Shown here one piece after another: positions 18,358 through 28,761 of a stretch of DNA of 64,000 bases; position 1 is the stretch's first letter, and the number at the start of each line of letters is the position of its first letter. The position numbers and the translations under genes were made by a program. The notes beneath the pieces were generated by a model. The model saw only the letters and a program-made list of their open reading frames with translations, was not told where the DNA came from and made no database searches. The stretch is taken from NCBI GenBank assembly GCA_963748625.1, contig CAVVJT010000004.1, positions 32,001 through 96,000 of the forward strand, given 5' to 3'. This DNA comes from an uncultured Chloroflexia bacterium. GTDB taxonomy: Bacteria; Chloroflexota; Limnocylindria; Limnocylindrales; CSP1-4.

Positions 18358-19878
18358 TCAGGGGGCCTGCCGGAGCGCGGCCTGGCGGAGGGCTTCGGCG
18401 CGGAGCAGGTCCCACGCAAGCTCCACGTGTCGTGGCTGGGTCCGCAGGTTGCCGATGGCGATGCGGATGGTGAACCGCCCAGCGAGCCGGGTGTGGGACA
18501 GGAAGACGCGCCCCGTCCGGTTCACGCCATCCATCAGGGCGGTGTTGACCTCGTCCAGCCACGTCTCCACGTCCGGCTCGCCGGTGCGATCTGCGAGGGA
18601 CGCCGGACGGTAGCGGAAGCAGACGGTGGAGAACGGGGCGGGTGCCAGCCGCTCCCAGTCCGGGTCCGCGTCCACCCACGCCGCGAAGCGCTCCGCCTGC
18701 ACGATGTGGCCCGCGATCCGCCGGCGGAGACCCTCCAGGCCGAACCAGCGCAGCTGCATCCAGAGCTTGAGCGCGCGCATCCGGCGGCCGAGCTGCGGCT
18801 GGTACTCCGTGTAGTCGAGCACGGGGTTGGCGCGGTCGAGCGTGCGCAGGTACTCGGGCACCAGGCTGAACGCCGTCCGGAGCACGTCCATGCGCCGGGT
18901 CACCAGCAGCGAGGCGTCGAGCGGCGTGAACAGCCACTTGTGCGGGTTGACCACGATGGAGTCGGCGCGCTCCCACCCCGCGAACGGCCCACGCAGCTCC
19001 GGCAGCAGCGCGACGACGCCGGCATAGGCACTGTCCACGTGGAGCCAGAGGCCCTCCCGCTCCGCGATGTCGGCCACGGCCGCCACCGGGTCCACCGAGG
19101 TCGAGGAGGTGGTGCCGATGGTGGCCACGATGGCGATCGGCCGGTGGCCGGCCGCGCGGTCCTCGGCGATGGCATGGCTGAGCAGGTCGGGCACCAGCTC
19201 GAACCGGTCGTTGGTGGGGATCTTGACCACCGCCGCACGGCCCAGGCCAAGGGTCATGCAGGCCTTCTCGATCGAGCTGTGCGCCTCGGTGGACGCGTAG
19301 ACCCGCGGCCGGCCGAGCGAGCGGCCCGCGAGCCCTTCGGCCGAGGCGTCGAGGCCTGCCGCCTCACGCGCGGCGGCGAGGGCGATCAGCGTGGACGTGG
19401 AGGCGGTGTCGGTGAGCAGCCCGTCGAACGTCTCCGGCAGGCCCAGCGCGTCCGCCAGCCAGCGCACCACCACGCCCTCGAGCTCGGTGCCGATGGGCGA
19501 CGTCCGCCACAGCATGGGGTTCTGGCCCAGGGCCGCCGTGAGGAACTCGCCCAGCATCCCGGGTCCGGATGCGCTGGTGGCGAAGTAGGCGAAGAAGCCC
19601 GGGTGCTGCCAGTGGGTCGCGTTCGGGAAGACCAGGCGGTCAACGTCAGCGAGGATGTCGGCGATCGGCTCCGGCCCCTCGGGCGCGTGGGCCGGGAGCA
19701 GCGGGCGGATCGACCCGGGCTCGATGGAGGGCAGGACGTCGTGCTCCTCGACCGAGGCGAGGTAGTCCGCGATGCGGTCGACCACGACGTGGGCGGCGGC
19801 CCGGAACGCCTCCGGGTCCATGTCGGTCAGGCCGTCCACCTGGGCGGCGTCGAGCGGGTGGGTGTCGGGCGTGCTCAC
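18358..19878 (-). CDS. PLP-dependent aromatic amino acid decarboxylase (group II)
   Basis: THWQHPGFFAYF, AHSSIEKA, WLHVDSAY, NPHKWLF (PLP lysine), RALKLW. Confidence 0.9.
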   Translation of the reverse strand: MSTPDTHPLDAAQVDGLTDMDPEAFRAAAHVVVDRIADYLASVEEHDVLPSIEPGSIRPLLPAHAPEGPEPIADILADVDRLVFPNATHWQHPGFFAYFATSASGPGMLGEFLTAALGQNPMLWRTSPIGTELEGVVVRWLADALGLPETFDGLLTDTASTSTLIALAAAREAAGLDASAEGLAGRSLGRPRVYASTEAHSSIEKACMTLGLGRAAVVKIPTNDRFELVPDLLSHAIAEDRAAGHRPIAIVATIGTTSSTSVDPVAAVADIAEREGLWLHVDSAYAGVVALLPELRGPFAGWERADSIVVNPHKWLFTPLDASLLVTRRMDVLRTAFSLVPEYLRTLDRANPVLDYTEYQPQLGRRMRALKLWMQLRWFGLEGLRRRIAGHIVQAERFAAWVDADPDWERLAPAPFSTVCFRYRPASLADRTGEPDVETWLDEVNTALMDGVNRTGRVFLSHTRLAGRFTIRIAIGNLRTQPRHVELAWDLLRAEALRQAALRQAP

Positions 19879-19964
19879 ACCGTGGAGTCTACCGGGCGGC
19901 GGGCAGGCCTCAGGGCGACGTCACGTTGTCGCCAGGTCGACGCCAGGTCGACGTCAGGCCGACG

Positions 19965-20948
19965 TCAGATGGAGCCGCCCACCTCGAGGAGGATCTCCTG
20001 GACCTGGGTTCCGAGGGCGATGAGGCCCACGATCGCGACGATCGGCAGGACCACGAACAGGATCACCGTCAGGACGAGACACGGGACCACTGGCCCCTCG
20101 TTGCCCTCGGGCGCGACGATCGCGGACCCTGCGACACGGTCGTGGAGGCCCTGGCGGGTGTCGCTCAGGGCGGTGCTCACCAGCAGCACGACCTCCCAGA
20201 TCATGAGCAGGCCGGACACGATGATCGCCAGCTCGGGCACGACCCCGATCAGCGTGAACGGGTACCCCATCGCCACCCAGCGCACGACCGCCTGGGTCAT
20301 CGTCAGGGTGCGCCCATCGGCTGCCTGTCCGATCTGCAGGTGGAAGAGGCGCATGCCTGGGGTCGCCCGCCCGCCGCTGGTCCAGAAGCCGATGAAGTAG
20401 AGGGCAAAGACGCCGGTGCTCAGCACGGTCGTGATCACCAGTGAGTCGACGCCGCTGCCGCCGATCGCGCCGAGCACCGCGCCGATGACCCACACGACGA
20501 TGCTGACCAGGGTGCTGTCGAGCAAGTAGGCAAGGAGGCGCGGCAGGACGCCACCGAATTTGAGCGTGCCGGGCGGGGGCTGGTACACGGCCTGGGGCGG
20601 CTGCCACGTGCCGCCTGGCGGCGCGTAGCCACCCGCGGGCTGGAAGGGCGGCGGCTGTGCGGCTGGCGGCTGTGCGGCCGGCATGACCGGCGGTTGGGTC
20701 AGGACCGGCGGATCCGGCACGACCGGCTGCTGAGGGGCCAGCGAGGGCTGCTCTGCGATCTCCGCCGGGTAGAGATAGTCGCCGGGTCCGGTCGGCACCG
20801 GGGTCACGGGCGCCCCGGGCGGGGGCGGTGGAGCCGGCGGCGGCTCGGCCGGAAGCTGGGAGCCCGACGCTGCGGCCGGCCAGGCCACTTGCGTGTCGTC
20901 CTCCGGTGGCTCACCCGGTGTGCCCGATCCCCCACCCTGCCATGTCAC
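19965..20948 (-). CDS. RDD-family membrane protein with Pro-rich N-terminus
   Basis: RLLAYLLD, ATPGMR, QGLHDRVAGS motifs. Confidence 0.85.
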   Translation of the reverse strand: MTWQGGGSGTPGEPPEDDTQVAWPAAASGSQLPAEPPPAPPPPPGAPVTPVPTGPGDYLYPAEIAEQPSLAPQQPVVPDPPVLTQPPVMPAAQPPAAQPPPFQPAGGYAPPGGTWQPPQAVYQPPPGTLKFGGVLPRLLAYLLDSTLVSIVVWVIGAVLGAIGGSGVDSLVITTVLSTGVFALYFIGFWTSGGRATPGMRLFHLQIGQAADGRTLTMTQAVVRWVAMGYPFTLIGVVPELAIIVSGLLMIWEVVLLVSTALSDTRQGLHDRVAGSAIVAPEGNEGPVVPCLVLTVILFVVLPIVAIVGLIALGTQVQEILLEVGGSI

Positions 20949-21012
20949 GGTCGTCTCCCATGGTCCAGCCCAGCGGTCGCTCCGGTCACTCTACGCCCGG
21001 GCGTGCGCTCCG

Positions 21013-23487
21013 TCAGGCCTTCACGCGCAGCCGGTCGGGGTCGTACATCGGACGCAGCGACGCCTTCACCGGGTACCTGCGGCCGACGATCTCCACCTCG
21101 AACCGGCCCTCCGCGACGGCCGCGGCCGGGATCCCCGCCTCGTCCTCGATGACCGCCAGGCCCACGGCTCCACCAAGCGTGTGCCCATACGCACCCGCCC
21201 GGTTGTAGCCGATCCAGACGCCGTCACGCAGGATGGGCTCACCGTGGTACAGGAGCGGCTCGGGATCCTCGACGAGGAACTGGATGTAACGCCGCTTCGG
21301 GGAGCCTGCCTGTGCCTTCTGGGCGAGGAGCGCGTCCCGGCCGATGAAGCCGCCGGGCTTGTCCCACGCGACCGCGAAACCAAGGCCCACATCGAGCGGG
21401 GTGTCGGTCACGTCGATGTCCACGCCCAGGTCCCGGTAGGCCTTCTCGATGCGCAGGCTGCTCAAGGCGGCCATGCCCACGTTGCGGTACCCGAGGTCGC
21501 CGCCGGCTGCCATCAGCGCGTCGTACACGGTGAGCGCCTGGTCCGCCGGCACGTGCAGCTCCCACCCCAGCTCGCCCACGTAGGTCACGCGCATCGCGAG
21601 CACGCGGGCATAGTCGAGGTCGATCTCCTGGGCCGTCATGTACGGGAAGGCATCGTTGGAGAGGTCTGCGCTGGTGAGCCGGGCCAGCAGCTCCCGGCTG
21701 CGCGGGCCCTGGACCGTCATGAGCGTGGTGCCGGCGGAGACGTCCGTCACGATCGCCTGCTCGCCCTCGCGGGTGTGGCGCTCGATCCAGGGCGCCATCC
21801 GGCGCTGGACCGTGTCGGTGACGACGAGCAGGAAGACGGTCTCGGACAGCCGCGTGACCGTGAGGTCAGCGACGATCCCGCCAGCCTGGTTGCACCATTG
21901 GGTGTACACCACGCGGCCCACGGGCACCGCAACGTCGTTGGCACAGACGCGGTTGAGCACGGTCTCGGCGTCGCGGCCCTGGACCAGCAGGTTGGCCATC
22001 ATGGACATGTCGAGCATGCCCACGGACTCGCGGACGGCCCGGTGCTCCTCCTGCCGGTAGCGCCAGGCACCATCGCGTCCCCATCCCTGCTCGATGACGG
22101 GATGGATGGCATCGACGTCGAACCACTCCGGGTACTCGAAGCCGCTCGTCACGCCGAAGTGGGCGCCCGACGCGGCCAGCCGGTCGTGGATTGCGGAACG
22201 GCGGACGTTGCGCGCCAGCCTCGGCTTCCAGCTCGGGAAGCCCGCGTCGCCGATCAGGGATCCCAGCAGCTCCACGGTCTTGTCGTGCCGGTACTTCCGC
22301 CCGGTCTCGTAGGGCTGGCTGCGGTCCACCGCCATGCCACCCAGGTCGATCGGTGGCACACCGGTGATGATCCATTCGGCGATGGCACTGCCCACCCCGC
22401 CCGAGTTGAGGATGCCGATGCTGTTGAGGCCGGCCGCCACGAAGAAGTTGCGCAGCTCGGGCGCTTCCCCGAGCATCGGACCGTTGTCGGTGGTGAAGCT
22501 CTCGGGTCCGCAGAACATCGTCCGGATGCCCGCATCACGGAGCGACGGGAAGCGCGACATTGCAGCGTCCAGGAACGGGGTGATGCGCTCCCAGTCGGGC
22601 TCGAGGCTCGCGAAGGCGATGTCCTTGGGGACGCGGTCCAGCGACCAGGCCTTCGCCTCCGGCTCGAACAGGCCCACGAGGATGCCGCCGCCCTCTTCCC
22701 GGTAGTAGCCGTAGAGGTCCGGGTCCTCCACGACCGGGAGGTCCGGATGGGCCCAGGACACGGTGTCGGTGATCAGGTAGTAGTGCTCGGCCGCCTGCAG
22801 GGGGACGGTGACGCCGGCCATGGCGCCCACCTCGCGACCCCAGAGGCCGGCGGCGTTCACGACGTACTCGGCACGGATGTGGCCGTGGTCGGTGTCGACC
22901 CCGGTGACGACGCCCTTCGCCTTCGTGATGCCGGTGACGGTCACGCCCTCGACGATGCGGGCGCCGCGCATCCGTGCGCCGCGGGCATACGCCTGCGTCA
23001 GGTCCGCGGGGTTCGCGCGACCCTCGTCAGGAACCCAGAAGCCCGCGAGGATGTCGTCCGCACGGATCGCGGGCCAGTGGCGCTGGACCTCGGCGGCCGA
23101 GATCTCCTCGTTGGGCACGCCGAACCCGCGGGCGAAGGCCGCCTCCCTGCGCATCGACTCGCGCCGCTGTGGCGTCGTGGCGATGTGGAGGTGGCCGATC
23201 GGACGAAAGCCGGTGGACTGGCCGGTCTCGGCCTCCAGCTCCGGGATGAGCTTCGTGGTGTAGCGCGACATCCACAGCAGCGTCTCGGACGACATGCCGG
23301 CCGATGTGATGAGGCCCGCGGCGTGCCACGTCGTGCCCGCGGTGAGCTGGCGGCGCTCCAGGAGGACGACATCGGTCCAGCCGGCCTTCGCGAGGTGGTA
23401 CGTGATGCTGGTGCCGATGGCGCCGCCGCCGATGACCACCACGCGCGCCTGCTCGGGCACGCTGTTCCGGCTCTGCTGCTCGTCCAT
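21013..23487 (-). CDS. Dimethylglycine/sarcosine dehydrogenase-like flavoprotein (DAO plus GcvT domains)
   Basis: VIGGGAIG, GTTWHAAG, GPESFTTD, TYVGELGWEL, SLRIEKAY, PMYDP motifs. Confidence 0.9.
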   Translation of the reverse strand: MDEQQSRNSVPEQARVVVIGGGAIGTSITYHLAKAGWTDVVLLERRQLTAGTTWHAAGLITSAGMSSETLLWMSRYTTKLIPELEAETGQSTGFRPIGHLHIATTPQRRESMRREAAFARGFGVPNEEISAAEVQRHWPAIRADDILAGFWVPDEGRANPADLTQAYARGARMRGARIVEGVTVTGITKAKGVVTGVDTDHGHIRAEYVVNAAGLWGREVGAMAGVTVPLQAAEHYYLITDTVSWAHPDLPVVEDPDLYGYYREEGGGILVGLFEPEAKAWSLDRVPKDIAFASLEPDWERITPFLDAAMSRFPSLRDAGIRTMFCGPESFTTDNGPMLGEAPELRNFFVAAGLNSIGILNSGGVGSAIAEWIITGVPPIDLGGMAVDRSQPYETGRKYRHDKTVELLGSLIGDAGFPSWKPRLARNVRRSAIHDRLAASGAHFGVTSGFEYPEWFDVDAIHPVIEQGWGRDGAWRYRQEEHRAVRESVGMLDMSMMANLLVQGRDAETVLNRVCANDVAVPVGRVVYTQWCNQAGGIVADLTVTRLSETVFLLVVTDTVQRRMAPWIERHTREGEQAIVTDVSAGTTLMTVQGPRSRELLARLTSADLSNDAFPYMTAQEIDLDYARVLAMRVTYVGELGWELHVPADQALTVYDALMAAGGDLGYRNVGMAALSSLRIEKAYRDLGVDIDVTDTPLDVGLGFAVAWDKPGGFIGRDALLAQKAQAGSPKRRYIQFLVEDPEPLLYHGEPILRDGVWIGYNRAGAYGHTLGGAVGLAVIEDEAGIPAAAVAEGRFEVEIVGRRYPVKASLRPMYDPDRLRVKA

Positions 23488-23701
23488 CGGTGGCCCTCGT
23501 CCTCTCCCCGGTCGTGCTGGGCGCCCTGTGTCGGGGGTGCCGGGGTCGTGGGGTGATCGTAGCGGCCGCGTGATCGTCGTCGCGGGGTGCATCGGCGCAC
23601 CGGCAGGTTGCATGGACCGGGCCTGGCGGGACATCCGTCCATACCGCGCATGCCGCATCGAGGACTACGATGGCGTGGCAAGCACCCTTAGGAGAATCGC
23701 C

Positions 23702-24742
23702 GTGGCGTCTGCCTCACGTCTCCCCCGCCGACTGGCCTCGACATCGCTGGCCGTCGCCCTCGCTGCCTCCGCGCTCGGCGCGTTGCCGGCATCCGCAGCG
23801 GTCCTGGTCACGCCGGACGGCTGTTCCACCGTGGAGCTGACGAGCCCGTCCCCGCTCGTGGTCCACGTCATGGTCGCCGGCTGCGGCGACCCGGCCGACG
23901 GGGTCGGCGTGGTCGCCGATCTCACCCAGGACTCGACAACTGGGAGCGTCAAGAGCTGGGGCAGCCCGTCCGCGGTCCTTGGGACCTGGATCGACGAGAA
24001 CCTCAACGTTCCCGCCCAGGGCGGGTACACGCTGACGATCCGCGCCGGCCTTGCGGAGGTCGTGTCGACCTACCACGTGGCCGTGCTCGGCGGGGTCGCC
24101 GTGACGGTGTCCCACCCGGAGCTGCGCTTCCGCCCCGGGTCGATGACGGGCTCGTCCTGGCCGGCGGTCGTCAAGTGGTCGAACACGAGCATCAACGCCA
24201 CCTTCGGCTACCGGATCCGCGTCAGCGTGGACGGGGTCTGGGGTGCCTGGAAGAGCACCATCAAGGACGACTACAACCTGCGCGTCAGTCCCGGGCATGA
24301 CTACCAGTTCCAGGTCCGCGGCCTCAACCTCGCCAAGGTGGCCGGACCGCCGATGGCGAGCATCGTCTACCGGCCGAGGGGCTACTCGGAGGCCAGCTCG
24401 AAGATCACCTACAGCGGTGGGTGGAGGACCAGCTTCGACTCGAGGTTCTGGGGCAATCGCGCCAAGTTCGCCAAGGCCACGGGCGCGACGGCGCGGTTCA
24501 CGTTCACCGGCGCTGCCGCGGCCATCGTGGCTCCCCTTGGACCGACGCGCGGCTCGTTCAAGGTGTACGCGGACGGCTTCTACCAGCGGACCGTGAAGAC
24601 CTACAGCAGCAGCACCGGCTACAAGTACGTCGTGTATGCGATCGCCTGGCCCGAGGACGGTCTCCACACCGTGACAATCCGCGTCAAGGGCACCGCCGGC
24701 CACCCGCGCGTGGACCTCGACGGGATCCTGACCCTCGAGTAG
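23702..24742 (+). CDS. Secreted protein with FN3-like and C-terminal beta-sandwich domains
   Basis: AGGAG RBS, signal peptide ending ALPASA, YQFQVRGLN, FTFTG..GPTRG..RVDLDG. Confidence 0.7.
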   Translation: MASASRLPRRLASTSLAVALAASALGALPASAAVLVTPDGCSTVELTSPSPLVVHVMVAGCGDPADGVGVVADLTQDSTTGSVKSWGSPSAVLGTWIDENLNVPAQGGYTLTIRAGLAEVVSTYHVAVLGGVAVTVSHPELRFRPGSMTGSSWPAVVKWSNTSINATFGYRIRVSVDGVWGAWKSTIKDDYNLRVSPGHDYQFQVRGLNLAKVAGPPMASIVYRPRGYSEASSKITYSGGWRTSFDSRFWGNRAKFAKATGATARFTFTGAAAAIVAPLGPTRGSFKVYADGFYQRTVKTYSSSTGYKYVVYAIAWPEDGLHTVTIRVKGTAGHPRVDLDGILTLE

Positions 24743-24757
24743 CCCGAGTACACGAAG

Positions 24758-24793
24758 GCCCCGACGACTCTGGGGGGATAGAGCCGCCGGGGC
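24758..24793 (-). ncRNA. Candidate hairpin sRNA with C6 loop (or terminator hairpin)
   Basis: 14-bp stem with two G-U pairs on minus strand, loop AUCCCCCC, TACGCT -10 box 6 nt upstream. Confidence 0.4.
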
Positions 24794-25044
24794 ACCGCCA
24801 GCGTAACGGGTCGCTGCCACCCTGTCGCGGGGGAGTCGGCCCGATTCTCCGGGCCGTCGGGAGTTCGCAGGGTCGCCGGCGAGTTCCCGAGTTCCCAGGG
24901 TCGCCGCCGACGGACGGACTCCGCAACGCCGGAGGGTGTGCTGAGTACCGGTGTCCACGCCAGTGGCGAACAGCCTCTGGGTGATGCGCGGGGCCGGTGT
25001 CCAGCCGACGCCGGGACTGTGATGACCTGCGTGGGCCGATCGAA

Positions 25045-25063
25045 CCCGCGGCCAGGCCGCGGG
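25045..25063 (-). terminator. GC hairpin downstream of RCC1-repeat gene
   Basis: CCCGCGGCC-N-GGCCGCGGG palindrome 27 bp after the stop codon. Confidence 0.4.
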
Positions 25064-25090
25064 GCTGGGACTTCCTGGTCTCCGACGCTC

Positions 25091-27915
25091 CTACGGACTG
25101 CGCGGTGCCACCACTCGGTCATGCCGGCCCTCGACGCCGGATCCTCGTTCCACCCAGGTTGTCGCAACAGCCGCAGGGCCGACGGGGCTCCCGCTCCCCT
25201 TGCGCAGATACTGCCGGTAGCTGGTCGTTCCCGGCGTCCACCCGTTCCACGCCACGTAGCGGACGCTCGCCGACGGCCACACCACCGACGGCCAGTCGTT
25301 GATCCGACGTGTCGACGTCGTGGTCGCTGCAAGCGTCTGTGTGGCGAACCACAGGGATCCGCCGTTTGCCGACTCAGCCCACCGCAGCGCCGCCCAGTTC
25401 AAGCCCTGCGTCACGCTCCCCGTCTCCTCTGCCCAGACGACGGCCACCCGGGACGGATCCTGAAGGGAGACCGAGGGTCCGTACGGAGACGTGCTCGTGT
25501 CGTCGCCAACGCTGGCGACGACGACCGGGTCAGCCCACGTGCCGACGGTTCGAACGCGGACCACGACGTCGTCGCCGGTCGTCCAGGCGACGGCGATCCG
25601 GCTTCCCCGGACCGCCACGCTCAAGCCGCCGTTTGACTCGCTCCCGACGATCTCGGGAGTCGTCCACGTCACACCGTGGTTGGTGGAGACACTCAGCGCG
25701 ATCGTGCCCGCCCCATCGGCGAGCCACGCCACGGCCACGGTCGAGCCCGATGCGGCGATCACTGGCCAGCTGGCCTTACCGTCCGCCACCGACGCACCGG
25801 TCCGCGTCGTGGCACCGACACCGCGCTTCGCCCACGTTGCACCACGGTCCCGACTGCTGGCGACCTTCACGGAGCCCGTGTTCGCATCCGTGTAGGCGAT
25901 GTGCACGTCGTACCCGGTCGCGGCGATGGTCGGGTAGTCCACGCGGCCGCTCGTGCTGGTCAGGCGGACGGCAGACTTCCACGCTGTCCCTGATCCGTGC
26001 CTGGTGTTGACCCGCACGTACAGCACGCGGGGGGCCGCCGGCGCATACCTGACGACCTTCGTCTGGCTTGCCCATACCGCATACACCCGCGAACCGGCGG
26101 AGGCCAGCCCGAAGCGCAGCGCATGCTGGGACCTGGGGTTGAGCCGCTTCGGGCTCGACCACGTCGTGCCGGTCGTGCTCCGGGTGTAGTAGACCCCGGC
26201 GTACGGCCCGCCATCCTTCGCCCACGCCCCGCTGATCCGGTCTGTGACGTAGGCGGCGTGCAGGCGCTGGGTCCCCGACTGGACGGTCCTGGCCAAGGCA
26301 TTGCCGCTCGTCCATGTGTAGGCCGGCCCGGCCTTGGTCGTCGATCCCCAGGAGAGACCGCTCGACGGGCCGGTCGCAACGCCCGTCATCGTCACCGACC
26401 GGCTGCCGATCGGATCCGGGCCCTCCACCACGAGGAGCGCACGGCGCGTCCCCGTCGCGACCGGATCGAAGGCCACGCTCATGGTGCAGGTGCCGCCGGG
26501 AGCCACCGGTGCGTCCGTGCAGGTCTCGGCGGTCAGCGGGAAGTCACCGGGGTTGGGGCCGGCGACCGAGATGGATGTGACAGCCACAGGCGCGGCGCCG
26601 ATGTTGGACACGGTGACGACCTGCGGATCCGCGGCCTGGTCCCAGGCGACACTTCCGAACGTCAGCGCTCCCGGTGCCACGACCACAGGATCAAGCCCTG
26701 TCCCTTCAAGGAGCACCGTGCGCGAGAGCACCGGCGCCGGCCCCGAGAGGACGAGCGTCGCTGACCGCAGCCCGATCTGTCCCGGGGTGAACCCGACCGA
26801 GATCGTGCAGCTCGACAGGGACGCCACCGGTGCCGCCGTGCAGGACTCGTCGATCACCGAGAACTCGGAGGCGGCGGAGCCCCCGACCGAGACTGACTCC
26901 ACCGTCAGGGGTGAGGCCTGGATGTTGGTGACCCGGACGGTGGCAGGGGTGCCCGCAGCGCCCTCGCCGACACCGCCGAAGTCCACTCGACCAGGAACGG
27001 CCGCCATCGCGTCCAGGCGGTCCCACGTGGGGTTGCCCCAGCATGCGACGGTGCCATCGACACGGGCGCCGCAGGTCTGGTGGTCACCGGCCGTGACGGC
27101 CACATAGGCACCCGGCGGCACGGTGCTCTGGCCCCAGCTGGTATCGCCCCAGCACAGGATGGCCTGGTCCGCGCGGAGCGCACACGAGTGGGCCTGCCCG
27201 ACCACGACCGCCGTGAAGGATCCGGCCGGTGACGCGGTGGCTCCTGCGCTCGTGTCACCCCAGCAGGCAAGCGCGCCCGATGACCGGATGGCGCACGTGT
27301 GCGCCTGGCCGGCGGCGACCTTCGTGAAGGTGCCGGAAGGCGGCGAGGCCTTGCCCAGCGTCGTGTCACCCCAGCACGCCAGCGTGCCATCGGCCCGGAT
27401 CGCGCAGGTGTGGGTGCTTCCGGCCGAGACCGTCATGAACGTGCCGGACGGGTTGCTTGCTTGACCGTTCTGGTTGTCACCCCAGCACGCCAGCGATCCG
27501 TTGGTCCGGACGGCGCACGTGTGTAGATTGCCGGCGCTGACAGCCTTGTAGGTGCCCGCGGGGACGGACACCTGGCCGCTGTCCCAGCCGAGGGCGCCCC
27601 AGCACTCGACGACTCCTCCCGTCGCCAGTGCACACGTGTGGGCGAACCCGCCGTCCACCGCGTCGAAGGTGCCTGCGGGCGGCGCAGCCTGCGTCGCGAA
27701 ATCGGCCCCCCAGCAGCCAAGCGAGCCATCTGCAAGGATCGCGCACTCGTGGGCCGAACCCGCCCCGAGCGCGACGACTGCGGCGTCCGGAGCAGTGCCC
27801 TGTACGCCGACGGCCCCAAGGTCGTCGGTGGGGCGCCAGCCGGGCCCACGGCCAGGACGACCGCTGCAAGTGCTGCCGCAATCCGTCTGCCGGCCCACAG
27901 GTACCGGGTCATCAT
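25091..27915 (-). CDS. Secreted RCC1-repeat, two Ig-like (choice-of-anchor D/ASH) and BNR/sialidase-like protein; frameshift near 27830
   Basis: About 7 repeats of AG..HTCA...G...CWG; two VTN..C..C.ISVGF domains; SxDxGxTW Asp-boxes; signal peptide MMTRYLWAGRRIAAALAAVVLA in the adjacent frame with GGAGG RBS. Confidence 0.75.
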
Positions 27916-28271
27916 CCTGCCTCCTCGCCTCGGTTCGCAGTTCGCTGAACGAGGGACGCGCATCGGATGGAGTCGTTGCCGCCATCGGCCCGGCGCCGAC
28001 ACCCGGCGATCGTCGGTCGACCGTACGTGGCCGCAAGTGCCGCACGGACCCCACCGCCCGGCCCGGTGGCGCAGCGTCTGTCGTCAGGCAGTCACGCCAG
28101 CCAAGGCGAGCTACGAAACGGAATGACCGTGCGGCTGCGCGGCCGGTGCGCGGGATCATGGGCTGTCAAGGAGGCCGCGTGCCCCTGTGCGCTATACGCG
28201 TTGGTCGGTCCGAGAGCCATCGCCCGACGAAGTGAAGTGCGGCCACACGGCTTCTTGACGCAGCCATAACG

Positions 28272-28297
28272 AAAACCCTCCGGAGCGATCCGGAGGG
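28272..28297 (-). terminator. Intrinsic terminator of tRNA-Pro
   Basis: CCCTCCGGA-TCGC-TCCGGAGGG followed by TTTT on minus strand. Confidence 0.8.
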
Positions 28298-28316
28298 CTG
28301 ATTCGTGCGGGGATAG

Positions 28317-28393
28317 TGGTCGGGGCGGAGCGATTCGAACGCTCGACCTCCTGAACCCCATTCAGGTGCGCTACCAGGCTGCGCCACGCCCCG
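28317..28393 (-). tRNA. tRNA-Pro(GGG)
   Basis: 77-nt cloverleaf CGGGGCG.../...CGCCCCG-ACCA, anticodon arm CCTGA-ATGGGGT-TCAGG. Confidence 0.95.
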
Positions 28394-28468
28394 AGGGCGT
28401 CGAGTCTACCAGACCCAGACAGCGTGTCCGGCCAGCCTGCCACCCGGTGCCGTATGCGTCGCGATCCT

Positions 28469-28614
28469 CCCGCCCAGCGGGCCTTGCGCGCGCAAACCCG
28501 CACGTTCGTGCCGCCTGGCGGGAAGGACGGAGCGAAAACGGGCGAACGGGGCCTGTCCGGCCCGCTCGGCGGCTGGACTGTGCGGAATCCTGTACGCAGT
28601 GCCCGCTGGGCGGG
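28469..28614. repeat. 146-bp palindromic REPIN/MITE-like element, copy A
   Basis: Perfect 14-bp TIR CCCGCCCAGCGGGC/GCCCGCTGGGCGGG; colinear with 36523..36668. Confidence 0.75.
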
Positions 28615-28660
28615 CAGCGGCAGGGCTGGGCGGGCAGCGGCAGGGCGGGGCGGGCAGCGC
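28605..28660. repeat. 20-bp tandem repeat, about 3 copies, at element end
   Basis: GCTGGGCGGGCAGCGGCAGG at 28605 and 28625, degenerate at 28645. Confidence 0.85.
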
Positions 28661-28761
28661 AGCTGAGCTAGGCAGAAGGCTGGCCGGGACCGAACGGGAC
28701 GCTGCCCGGCGCGGGCGGGAGGTTGCCCGACGCGAACCCGGCGGCCACGCCAGGCGGCAGA

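Noticed and set aside
24750-25090. 6S, Ms1, SRP, RNase P or tmRNA gene
   Set aside because: No recognisable conserved motifs of these RNAs by eye; needs Infernal to exclude fully
25091-28393. tRNA-Pro-anchored genomic island
   Set aside because: No integrase and no duplicated tRNA 3' end seen; the native terminator is intact
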